Numbered from the stretch's first letter, positions 1-7,749 are shown. The stretch: DNA of 11,974 nt from Archangiaceae bacterium (GCA_043750125.1 JAYVCD010000394.1:1-11974); one strand, 5' to 3'. Made by a program: numbers and translations. The notes: generated by a model not told the origin, from the letters alone.

Positions 1-304
1 TCTTCGCGAGCAAGTCGTCGAGGTGCAGCGCCACATCACCGGGTCGACGAAAGACATCGACCAAATCGAGCTCGCCGGGAATGTCAGTGAGCTTCCGGAA
101 CACCTTCTTCCCGAGAATCTGCTGGACCTCGGGGTAGTACACCGGCACCGGCACCACCTCGAGACCCGCGTGCGCCAGGTATTCCGGCACGTAGAACGCC
201 GGCTGATCGCGCTGCTCTTCGGTCTTGATCCCCAGCACGGCCACCCGGTGAATGCTTTGGACCAGCTGTGCGATGCCCGCTTCGTCGTCGATGATCCGCG
301 CCAT
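1..304 (-). CDS. CoA-binding protein (YccU/CoA_binding_2 family), 3' end runs off the window
   Basis: Not in the ORF track; translated by hand from the ATG at 304: MARIIDDEAGIAQLVQSIHRVAVLGIKTEEQRDQPAFYVPEYLAHAGLEVVPVPVYYPEVQQILGKKVFRKLTDIPGELDLVDVFRRPGDVALHLDDLLAK. It has the family motifs VAVLG, YVPEYL, ILG, and L.DIP..LDLVDVFRR, with high GC3. Confidence 0.9.
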   Translation of the reverse strand, partial: MARIIDDEAGIAQLVQSIHRVAVLGIKTEEQRDQPAFYVPEYLAHAGLEVVPVPVYYPEVQQILGKKVFRKLTDIPGELDLVDVFRRPGDVALHLDDLLAK

Positions 305-339
305 GGGTCACGCATAACGCGCGTATCGTCGGCGCGCCC

Positions 340-1792
340 ATGAACGCTTTGATCGTTGCGGTGCTGCTGTGTGCTGCCGGGGAACCCAGCCCCACCTCGG
401 TGTACTCGCTGAAGGGCAAGGACTTCGCGACTCAAGCCAGAAAGGACCTCGCGACGCTGAAGATGTATTCCGCCGGGCTCGATCGACTCGCCTCTCAGGT
501 GAATGAGAAGTACAGCCTGTTCACAGATCCGCCAGCGGTACTGGAACTTCGTCACCCTTTCTCCCACCGACGAACGCCACCCGTGGGGCTTCCTGCTCAC
601 CCACACCGCGCTGACCACCCTGCTCTCGCACGGGCTGAAGTTCGCCGAGACGACCCAGGGGAACCGACAGCTCGAGACGTTGTTCGACGAACCCAATGCC
701 GAATTCGGCGTCCCGCAGGGCTCGTACGCCGCGTTCAAGTCGACCGCGATTCACGTCAGCACGGCCACCCAGTTGATGGGCGGCGACGCGTGGTCGAGGG
801 TCGCGCTTCCGTCGCTGAAAAAAGACAAAGACCCCGACGTGCAATGGGCTGTGTCGGAGCTCGACAGCTGCGGAAAGAAGGCGCGCGAGTGCCTGGCGCA
901 CAGCGGCCAGAAACTCTTCCTCACCAACGCGCTCGACATCCTCAAAGACAACACCACCGCGGCGATCTTCCCCGCTCAGAAGTCCTTCGCCGAATGGTTC
1001 GGTGACACTCGGGTCGCGCGCGCCGGAAAACCGCTGATGACCGCCGCCGCGCTCGGCCAGGTGCTGGGGCTGATGCAGCCGGGCGATCTAATCGTCGTCC
1101 GTCAGAACTGGTTCTTGTCGAACATCGCCCTGCCCGGCTTCTGGCCGCACGCCGAGCTCTACCTGGGCACGGCCGACGACCTGAAAAAATACTTCGATTC
1201 CGACCTCGAAGTGATGGCCTGGGCGCAGGCTCAAAAAGAGAAATCGGCCACCTTCAGCCAGCTGCTGGCCACCCGCTACCCTGAGAAGCGGAAGAAGTAC
1301 GGGGGTAAGGACTTTCAGGGCCACGCGCCGATTCGGGTGATCGAGGCGATCAGCGAAGGGGTCAGCTTCACCGCCAGCGAACATGCCTTCGCGGTCGACT
1401 ACCTGGGGGTGATGCGCCTGCGCAGCTCGAAGCTCGAGAAGGCGAAGGCGATTCTCCGGGCGTTCGAGTACCAGGGCCGCCCCTACGACTTCGAGTTCGA
1501 CTTCTTCTCCGACGCCTCGCTGGTCTGTTCCGAACTCGTCTACAAGTCCTACGCCCCGGCCCTCGAGATGAAAGGGCTGAAGATCGAACTGGTGGACGTC
1601 GCGGGCCGACGCACGCTGCCCGCCAATGACTTCGTGAAGCTGTTCGACAAAGAGCTCGACAAGCCCGACCACCAGCTCGACTTTGTCGCCTTCGTCGACG
1701 GTCGGGAAAAAGAAGGAACGGTGGTGGTCAGCGACGAGGCGGCCTTCCGCAAGACACATGCGCGCTCGAAGTGGGATGTCGTTCAGAAGTGA
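340..1792 (+). pseudogene. Secreted YiiX/YebB-like permuted NlpC/P60 cysteine hydrolase, frameshifted at about nt 523 (true lesion or assembly error); intact catalytic part lies in ORF 503..1792
   Basis: Frame 340 gives a signal-peptide-like N-terminus (MNALIVAVLLCAAGEP) with GC-rich third positions up to TTC at 520-522. The frame of ORF 503..1792 is coding-like from CAG at 524 (QIRQRYWNF...). The C-terminal domain has PGD.IV.R, PGFWPHAELY (catalytic His), VIEAISEGV, and G.PYDF.FDF...LVCSELVY (catalytic Cys after His, i.e. permuted order). Confidence 0.75.
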
Positions 1793-1816
1793 TCGTCGCG
1801 AAAGGCGTGATCCGCG

Positions 1817-1845
1817 CTGACGACTGCACCGCCACGCTGTAAGAC
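1817..1845 (+). promoter_or_regulatory. Possible sigma70-type promoter for the purine degradation operon
   Basis: CTGACG (1817-1822), a 17-nt spacer, then TAAGAC (1840-1845), ending 9 nt before the puuD ATG. There is no clear Shine-Dalgarno sequence. The match to consensus is weak. Confidence 0.25.
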
Positions 1846-1854
1846 CTGTGGCCC

Positions 1855-3396
1855 ATGACGGCAGTTTTACAAGAATGGCTCAACCTGCTGGTCCGCTGGG
1901 CGCACGTGATCGCTGCGATCCTGTGGGTTGGAGATTCGTTTCTGTTCATGTGGCTCGACAGTCACATCAGCCCGGCGACGAAAAAACGCGAAGGCGAAGT
2001 GGCCGGCGAGCTGTGGATGACCCACTCGGGCGCCTTCTACGAAGTCGTCAAACGCAAGTCGCTGTCCGAGCTGCCCCCGACGCTCTACTGGTTCAAGTGG
2101 GAGAGCTACACCACCTGGGTCACCGGGGTGCTGCTGCTGGGCATCGTCTACTACCTCGGCGGCGCCGCCTTCTTGATCGACAAGTCGGTCTACGACCTTC
2201 CGTACTGGCAGGCGGTCGCGATCAGCGTGTGCCTGTTGCCGGTCTCGTTCCTCGTCTACGACACGCTGTGGCGCACGCCGCTGGCCAAAGACCAGCGCGT
2301 CTTTGCCGCCATCTGGTTCGGGCTGCTGGTCGCGCTGGCGTACGGCTTGACCCACCTGTTCAGCGGGCGCGCAGCGTTCCTCCACCTGGGCGCGGTGATG
2401 GGCACGGTGATGACGTTCAACGTCTTCTTCCGGATCATCCCCTCGCAGCGGCACATGATCGCCTCGACAAAGGCGGGCACCCCGGTCGACACCCGCTATG
2501 GGATCCGCGCCAAGGGCCGGTCGGTTCACAACCACTACATGACGTTTCCGGTGCTCATCACGATGTTGAGCAACCACTTCCCGAGCACCTACTCCAACCC
2601 GCACGCGTGGCTGGTCTGGGCGCTGTTGGCGATCGTGGGCGTCACGGTGAAGTACGTGATGAATTTTCGCCGGCAGTCTCACCCTGCGGTGGTCGCCACC
2701 TTGATCGCAGCGCTGGGCACGGTGGTCTTCCTCACCCAACCCGAAGGCCCTTCGCGCGAGCTGATGACCCGGTACCGGCAGGCGCCCCCGGTCTCCTACG
2801 CGACGGTGAGCGCAATTTTGCAGACGCGGTGCACCAGCTGTCACTCGACGACTCCGTCGAGCCCGCTGTTCGCCGCCGCTCCGAACGGGGTGTTGCTCGA
2901 CACCCCCGATCACGTACTCGCCCATGCCGAACGGATGTTCATGCGCGCCGTCGCCACCCAGACGATGCCCCTGGCGAACCTCACCCAGATGACGGTTCCC
3001 GAGCGCGAGCTGCTCGGAGCCTGGTTCGCCCAGGGCGCCGACGTTCATGCCGCCGGCCCCGCTTCGCTGCCCGGGCTGCAGAAGCTTGCGATCGAGCCGG
3101 ACCTTCCGCCGGCCGAGCTCGCCCAAAAGCACTTCGCCACCGTCTGTTCTGCCTGCCACGGCGAGCACGGCGCGGGTGACGGGTTGGCGGCGTCGGCGCT
3201 TCCGGTCAAGCCCCGCAACTTCCACGAGGCGAAGTGGCAGGCGACAGTCACCGATGAGCAGCTGCGGACGATCATTCTCAAAGGAGGGCTGGCGGTCGGA
3301 AAGAGCCCGCTGATGCCTCCCAACCCCTCGCTCGAGGACAAGCCCGAAGTGATCCTCGAGCTGGTCAAGATGGTGCGGGGGTTCGAGAACAAATAA
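1855..3396 (+). CDS. puuD: Membrane urate hydroxylase PuuD with two C-terminal cytochrome c domains
   Basis: PuuD motifs: WLNLLVRWAHVIAAILWVG.SF.F.WLD, GELW..H.G.FY, WFKWESY.TW.TG, GTVM..NVF..IIP.QR, RS.HN.Y.T.PV...MLSNH. It has multiple hydrophobic helices and haem motifs CTSCH (2830-2844) and CSACH (3145-3159). It is the first gene of a uric acid catabolic operon. Confidence 0.93.
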   Translation: MTAVLQEWLNLLVRWAHVIAAILWVGDSFLFMWLDSHISPATKKREGEVAGELWMTHSGAFYEVVKRKSLSELPPTLYWFKWESYTTWVTGVLLLGIVYYLGGAAFLIDKSVYDLPYWQAVAISVCLLPVSFLVYDTLWRTPLAKDQRVFAAIWFGLLVALAYGLTHLFSGRAAFLHLGAVMGTVMTFNVFFRIIPSQRHMIASTKAGTPVDTRYGIRAKGRSVHNHYMTFPVLITMLSNHFPSTYSNPHAWLVWALLAIVGVTVKYVMNFRRQSHPAVVATLIAALGTVVFLTQPEGPSRELMTRYRQAPPVSYATVSAILQTRCTSCHSTTPSSPLFAAAPNGVLLDTPDHVLAHAERMFMRAVATQTMPLANLTQMTVPERELLGAWFAQGADVHAAGPASLPGLQKLAIEPDLPPAELAQKHFATVCSACHGEHGAGDGLAASALPVKPRNFHEAKWQATVTDEQLRTIILKGGLAVGKSPLMPPNPSLEDKPEVILELVKMVRGFENK

Positions 3397-4757
3397 TGGG
3401 CGAGCCCACTTCGATCATTCGCGGCAGGCGCGTGCTGTTGGCGTCGGGTCTGGGTCCCGCGGCGGTCCACGTGGCGAACGGGAAAATCGTCGCGGTGACG
3501 GCCTTCGAGGCGGTCCCCCCCGGAGTCCGGGTTCACGAGGCAGGCGACGATCTGGTCACTCCCGGCGTCGTCGACTCGCACGTCCACCTCAACGAGCCGG
3601 GCCGCACCGAGTGGGAAGGCTTTTTGACTGCCAGCCAGGCGGCGGCCGCGGGGGGGATCACCACCGTCGTCGACATGCCGCTCAACTGCATTCCAGCCAC
3701 CACCTCACGCGCGAACGCCGAGCTCAAGCGCGAGGCGCTGCGCGATCAAGCCCACGTCGACATCGCCTTCTGGGGCGGAGTCATTCCCGGCAACACCTTC
3801 GAGCTCGCAGGCCTCGAGCAGTTCGGGATCCACGGCGCGAAGTGCTTCTTGTGCCCCTCGGGGGTCGACGAATTCCCCAACGTCAGCCGCGCCGATCTCG
3901 ACCTGGCGATGCCGGTGCTGCGCGATCTCGGGGTCACGTTGCTGGTCCATGCCGAGCTGCCCGGCCCTTGCGACGCCGCCCAGGCGCGACTGACCCAGGC
4001 CCACGCCGACCCCCGGGCCTACGCGACCTACCTCGCCTCGCGTCCCAACGCCGCCGAGGACGAAGCGATCGCTTTGATCATCGCGCTCTCGCGCCAGCAC
4101 CGCTGTCCCGCGCACATCGTTCATCTCTCGAGCGCCTCGGCGATTCCCCTGCTGCGGGCCGCCCAGGCCGAAGGGGTGCCGATCACCGCCGAGACCTGCC
4201 TCCACTACCTGTCGTTCACCGCCGAGCAGATCGCCGCCGGAGCGACCCACTTCAAGTGCGCCCCTCCGATTCGGGAGGCCGCCAACCGCGAGGCGCTGTG
4301 GCTCGGAGTCGAGTCGGGAGTCATCTCGATGGTGGTGTCCGATCATTCCCCCTGCACCCCGCAGCTCAAGAAGCTCGACACCGGTGACTTCCTGGGCGCC
4401 TGGGGTGGCATCTCTTCGCTGCAGCTGGGCCTGTCCGTGCTCTGGACGTTGGCGTCCGCGCGCGGCCATTCGCTGGAGCAGCTGTTCAAGTGGAACGCGC
4501 TGCACCCCGCTCGGCTCGCAGGCCTGGGGGACCGCAAGGGCCAGCTCGCTCCGGGCTTCGATGCCGACGTGGTGGTCTGGAACGAGCGCGAAAGTTTCGA
4601 AGTAAAAGCGGAAGAGATCCGCCACCGCCACAAGCTCACTCCGTACGCCGGCCAGCGCCTCTTCGGAGTCGTGAAGCAGACCTGGGTCGGCGGCACCCTC
4701 GCTTACGACTGCAAGGCCGGCCTCAGCCGTCCCCACGGTCGTTTTCTCTCTACCTGA
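3396..4757 (+). CDS. allB: Allantoinase (metal-dependent amidohydrolase)
   Basis: Motifs PGVVDSHVHLNEPGRTEWEGF, AAAAGGITTVVDMPLN, KCFL.PSGVDEFP, HAE, HIVHLS, ETCLHYL, FKCAPPIR, SDHSP, AWGGISSLQ, RHK.TPY.G. The start overlaps the puuD stop (TAATG). Confidence 0.95.
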   Translation: MGEPTSIIRGRRVLLASGLGPAAVHVANGKIVAVTAFEAVPPGVRVHEAGDDLVTPGVVDSHVHLNEPGRTEWEGFLTASQAAAAGGITTVVDMPLNCIPATTSRANAELKREALRDQAHVDIAFWGGVIPGNTFELAGLEQFGIHGAKCFLCPSGVDEFPNVSRADLDLAMPVLRDLGVTLLVHAELPGPCDAAQARLTQAHADPRAYATYLASRPNAAEDEAIALIIALSRQHRCPAHIVHLSSASAIPLLRAAQAEGVPITAETCLHYLSFTAEQIAAGATHFKCAPPIREAANREALWLGVESGVISMVVSDHSPCTPQLKKLDTGDFLGAWGGISSLQLGLSVLWTLASARGHSLEQLFKWNALHPARLAGLGDRKGQLAPGFDADVVVWNERESFEVKAEEIRHRHKLTPYAGQRLFGVVKQTWVGGTLAYDCKAGLSRPHGRFLST

Positions 4758-4770
4758 AGGCCACTGACCC

Positions 4771-6297
4771 ATGTCCGCCCGCGCCCCCGTTCCGGAAATC
4801 TTCGCCCACCTGGTCGACCTCGCCGCCGACATCACCGGAGGCTTCGTCGTCCACGCGACCGACGAGTACTTCGCCGAGAAAGAGAACCTGCTCAAGCCCC
4901 ACGCCGCCGAGTGGGTCGAGGGGAAGTACACCGACAAGGGCAAGTGGATGGACGGCTGGGAATCACAGCGCCGCCGGACCCAGGGCCACGACTTCGTGTT
5001 GTTGCGGCTCGGGCTGCCGGGCCTGATTCACGGCGCGCTGGTCGACACCACCCACTTCAAGGGCAACGCGCCCCAGGCCGTGTCGCTGGAAGGCATCGAT
5101 GCTTCGTGGACCTCGACCGCCGAAGAGCTTTTGGCCTCTGATGGCTGGAAGCCGCTGATCGCCCAGACCGCGGTAAAGCCGGACTTCGCCAACGTGCTCA
5201 AGCTCTCAGAGGTGTCAGAGCGGGTGAGCCACGTGCGGCTGCGAATTTTTCCCGATGGCGGTGTGGCGCGCTTGCGGATCTACGGGGAAGTGCTGCCTGA
5301 CCTGCGGACCTTCTGGCGCACCGGCTCGGTCGACCTGGGCGCGGTGGAAAACGGAGGAACCGTCGCCGAGGTCAGCGACCAGTTCTTCGGGCCGCCTTCG
5401 AATCTGCTGTTGCCCGGTCGGGGGATGAACATGGGCGACGGGTGGGAGACGCGGCGCAGGCGCACTCCGGGAAGCGATTGGGCGGTGGTCCGCCTCGGCC
5501 GCCGCGGGGTGGTCGATCGCATCGAGCTCGATACCCACTTCTTCAAGGGCAACGCACCCCAGGCCTGCCTGGTCGAAGCGCTCGACGTGACTCAGGTGCC
5601 GACCGACGAGCTCGAAGGCGTCCTGCGCTCGCCCAAAGGCTGGACCACGCTGATCGAGAAACACCCGCTGGTTCAGCATCGCCGGCACCAGCTGGACCCT
5701 TCGCGAATGATGCCGGTCACCCACGTGCGCGTTCACATTTTTCCGCACGGGGGCGTCAATCGAATGCGCTTCTTCGGACACGCGCTCGACACCGCGCAGG
5801 AAACCGCCGCGCTGGCATCGCTGGACCCGAAGTTGTTGCAGTCGTTCTGCGGCAGCTCGACGTGGATTCAGCAGCTGGCGACTCACCCGATCGGCTCGAC
5901 CCGTGGGCTGTTTGCGCTGGCCGAAGACGTCTGGTTCTCACTGACCCCCAAAGACTGGCTCGAGGCTTTCGCCGCCCACCCGCGCATCGGAGAGAAGAAG
6001 AAAGCCAAAGCCGCGACCGCGAAGTCTGCCGCCTGGTCCAGGGGCGAGCAGCAGAAAGTCGGCGCGGGCGAGGCCGAGGTGAAGCGTCAGCTGCAAGAGC
6101 TCAACGACGCCTACCTGAAGAAGTTCGGTTTCATCTTCATCGTCTGCGCCACCGACAAGTCGGCCGGACAGTTGCTCGAAGTGCTTCAAGAGCGCATTCG
6201 CGGCAGCAAGAAAGTCGAGCTCGAGAACGCGGCGCGCGAGCAGGCGAAGATCACCCGGCTGCGAATCGAGAAGTGGCTCGTCTCTCAGGGGGCGTAA
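4771..6297 (+). CDS. alc: Bifunctional allantoicase / OHCU decarboxylase (Alc-UraD fusion)
   Basis: Two allantoicase repeats (GKWMDGWESQRRR...DTTHFKGNAP...PDGGVARLR.YG and MGDGWETRRRR...DTHFFKGNAP...PHGGVNRMR). These run without a stop into an OHCU decarboxylase domain (CGS..W, FAAHPRIG, WS..EQ, Y..KFGFIFIVCA, EQAKITRLR) from about nt 5800. Confidence 0.92.
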   Translation: MSARAPVPEIFAHLVDLAADITGGFVVHATDEYFAEKENLLKPHAAEWVEGKYTDKGKWMDGWESQRRRTQGHDFVLLRLGLPGLIHGALVDTTHFKGNAPQAVSLEGIDASWTSTAEELLASDGWKPLIAQTAVKPDFANVLKLSEVSERVSHVRLRIFPDGGVARLRIYGEVLPDLRTFWRTGSVDLGAVENGGTVAEVSDQFFGPPSNLLLPGRGMNMGDGWETRRRRTPGSDWAVVRLGRRGVVDRIELDTHFFKGNAPQACLVEALDVTQVPTDELEGVLRSPKGWTTLIEKHPLVQHRRHQLDPSRMMPVTHVRVHIFPHGGVNRMRFFGHALDTAQETAALASLDPKLLQSFCGSSTWIQQLATHPIGSTRGLFALAEDVWFSLTPKDWLEAFAAHPRIGEKKKAKAATAKSAAWSRGEQQKVGAGEAEVKRQLQELNDAYLKKFGFIFIVCATDKSAGQLLEVLQERIRGSKKVELENAAREQAKITRLRIEKWLVSQGA

Positions 6298-6630
6298 GTG
6301 GGAATCAGCACCCACATTCTCGATACCACACTGGGCAAACCCGCCCGCGGCGTCGCCGTTCGGCTCGAGCTCCTCGAGGGAAACACCTGGCGGAAACTCG
6401 GTGAAGGCGTCACCAACGACGACGGGCGGGTCAAGCCGCTGCTCGAGACGATTCCCACCGCGGGCACCTACCGGATTCACTTCGAGGTCGCCGACTACTT
6501 TCAAAGACAGCAGCTCGAGGCGTTCTTCCCCTCGGTGACCATCACCTTTGCCGTCCGCGCGACCCAGGAGCACTACCACGTGCCGCTGCTGCTCAATCCG
6601 TTCGGCTATTCGACCTACCGGGGCTCGTGA
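6298..6630 (+). CDS. uraH: Hydroxyisourate hydrolase (transthyretin-like)
   Basis: Motifs ISTHILDT..GKPA, TNDDGR, FFP, HYHVPLLLNPFGYSTYRGS, including the diagnostic C-terminal YRGS. The GTG start directly follows the alc stop. There is no signal peptide, so it is the cytoplasmic type. Confidence 0.96.
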   Translation: MGISTHILDTTLGKPARGVAVRLELLEGNTWRKLGEGVTNDDGRVKPLLETIPTAGTYRIHFEVADYFQRQQLEAFFPSVTITFAVRATQEHYHVPLLLNPFGYSTYRGS

Positions 6631-7127
6631 TGACGATCGCCGCGCAGACGTTGACCGCTGAAGCGTTCGCTCCGTTCGGGGACCTGGTCTCGGTCTCCGC
6701 CAAGGGGGGCGCTTCGGCCAATGGCGGCACCGCCCAGCGCTTCGACTACACCGCGAAGCTGCACAACGGACGCTCCGCTGCGCGCGCGAACCTGGTGACC
6801 GTGGCCTGCGTCCCCGTCTCGTTGCCGTTGAAATTGAAGCTGCTCGAGAAGCACCCGCATTCGTCGCAGACGTTCATTCCGATGCTCTGCAGTCGGTACT
6901 TGGTCTGCGTGGCTCCCACCGGGAATGACGGCGCGCCAGTGCTCGGTGAGCTCATGGCGTTCATCGGTCTGCCGGGCCAGGCGATCAACTACCACCCGGG
7001 CACGTGGCATCACCCCCTGGTGGTGCTCGATGCTCCGGCCCAGTTCGCGATGCTGGTTTGGGAAGACGACAGCCAGGAAGACTGCGTCGTCTTTCCGCTC
7101 GCCCAGCCGCCCACCGTTACAGGCTGA
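6630..7127 (+). CDS. allA: Ureidoglycolate lyase
   Basis: Motifs LT.EAFAPFGD, AN.GTA.RF, LEKHP.SSQTFIP, GQAINY.PGTWHHPL. The ATG at 6630 overlaps the uraH stop (TGATG); the GTG at 6627 is an alternative start. Confidence 0.9.
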   Translation: MTIAAQTLTAEAFAPFGDLVSVSAKGGASANGGTAQRFDYTAKLHNGRSAARANLVTVACVPVSLPLKLKLLEKHPHSSQTFIPMLCSRYLVCVAPTGNDGAPVLGELMAFIGLPGQAINYHPGTWHHPLVVLDAPAQFAMLVWEDDSQEDCVVFPLAQPPTVTG

Positions 7128-7749
7128 TCTGGAAGTGGCCGGTGCCTTCGCGGCAGATGACGGTGATTCCTTCCGCGCGCGGTTCCTGCACCGCGCCGTC
7201 GTAGTCGAAGCGGAACATCATCACTCCGTCTTCCTCGCCTTCGTCCAGGTCACCAATCCGGTAGTGCTTCCCGCTTGGCAGCCGCACGTCGCAGTTGTGC
7301 CAATCGCGGTTGGCGCGATTGCGGATGATCACCCGACGACCTGCCCCCGCGCCGATCACCGTCACCTGGCCGTCCAGCCAGGGTCCCGGGCCCGTGTGGG
7401 GTGAGGTCGCGGTCCGCGGGGGCGCGGGGGTGGCCGCCGGAGCCGGGGCTTGAGCGGGGGGAGCCTCGACGATCGGCTCCGAGCGCCTGCCGACCCTTGC
7501 AACCTTCAGCGGCGCATACGCGGCCGCCTTCGAGTCGAGGCTCACGCGGGACAGCGATTCCCAGACTTCCATCACCAGCGCCGAGCCAATCGGCTGCCGG
7601 CTCTTGGCGTCCAGAACCTCGAGACCGGTGCCGACTTCCATTCCGTTGGCCTGCCCCGCCCGAATGTACGTCTCGCCGCGATCCACGAAGATCTCGGCAT
7701 CGGTGTTGGGAGATTGGCTGAGAACCCACAAGGCAAGAAGAGCAGTCAT
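7117..7749 (-). CDS. Hypothetical secreted protein, two small beta-rich domains joined by a Pro/Ala linker
   Basis: Signal-peptide-like MTALLALWVLSQSP (ATG 7749; alternative GTG 7758). The N-domain YIRAG...GMEVG..LEV.......IG...V.EV....SR loosely resembles FlgT C-terminal-type folds. The linker is PPAQAPAPAATPAPP, and the C-domain has two Cys. It overlaps the allA 3' end convergently by 11 nt. Confidence 0.7.
   Translation of the reverse strand: MTALLALWVLSQSPNTDAEIFVDRGETYIRAGQANGMEVGTGLEVLDAKSRQPIGSALVMEVWESLSRVSLDSKAAAYAPLKVARVGRRSEPIVEAPPAQAPAPAATPAPPRTATSPHTGPGPWLDGQVTVIGAGAGRRVIIRNRANRDWHNCDVRLPSGKHYRIGDLDEGEEDGVMMFRFDYDGAVQEPRAEGITVICREGTGHFQISL

Noticed and set aside
523-1005. C-terminal part of ORF 340..1005 as a real 221-aa protein
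   Set aside because: After about nt 523 it becomes Arg/Pro/His-rich off-frame sequence overlapping the better-supported hydrolase frame.
4771-5790. Internal DNA-level repeat (e.g. CACTTCAAGGGCAACGC and TTCTTCAAGGGCAACGC)
   Set aside because: It reflects the known two-repeat architecture of allantoicase.
1867-6579. Long antisense and alternate-frame ORFs (e.g. 1867..3225 -, 3705..4943 -, 1848..3179 +, 5442..6404 +, 5938..6579 -)
   Set aside because: These are typical shadow ORFs of high-GC coding DNA; they have no motifs and overlap genes with clear family signatures.
7380-7465. G-run-rich segment suggesting a repeat or G-quadruplex
   Set aside because: It is explained as the reverse complement of Pro/Ala codons in the linker of the minus-strand protein.
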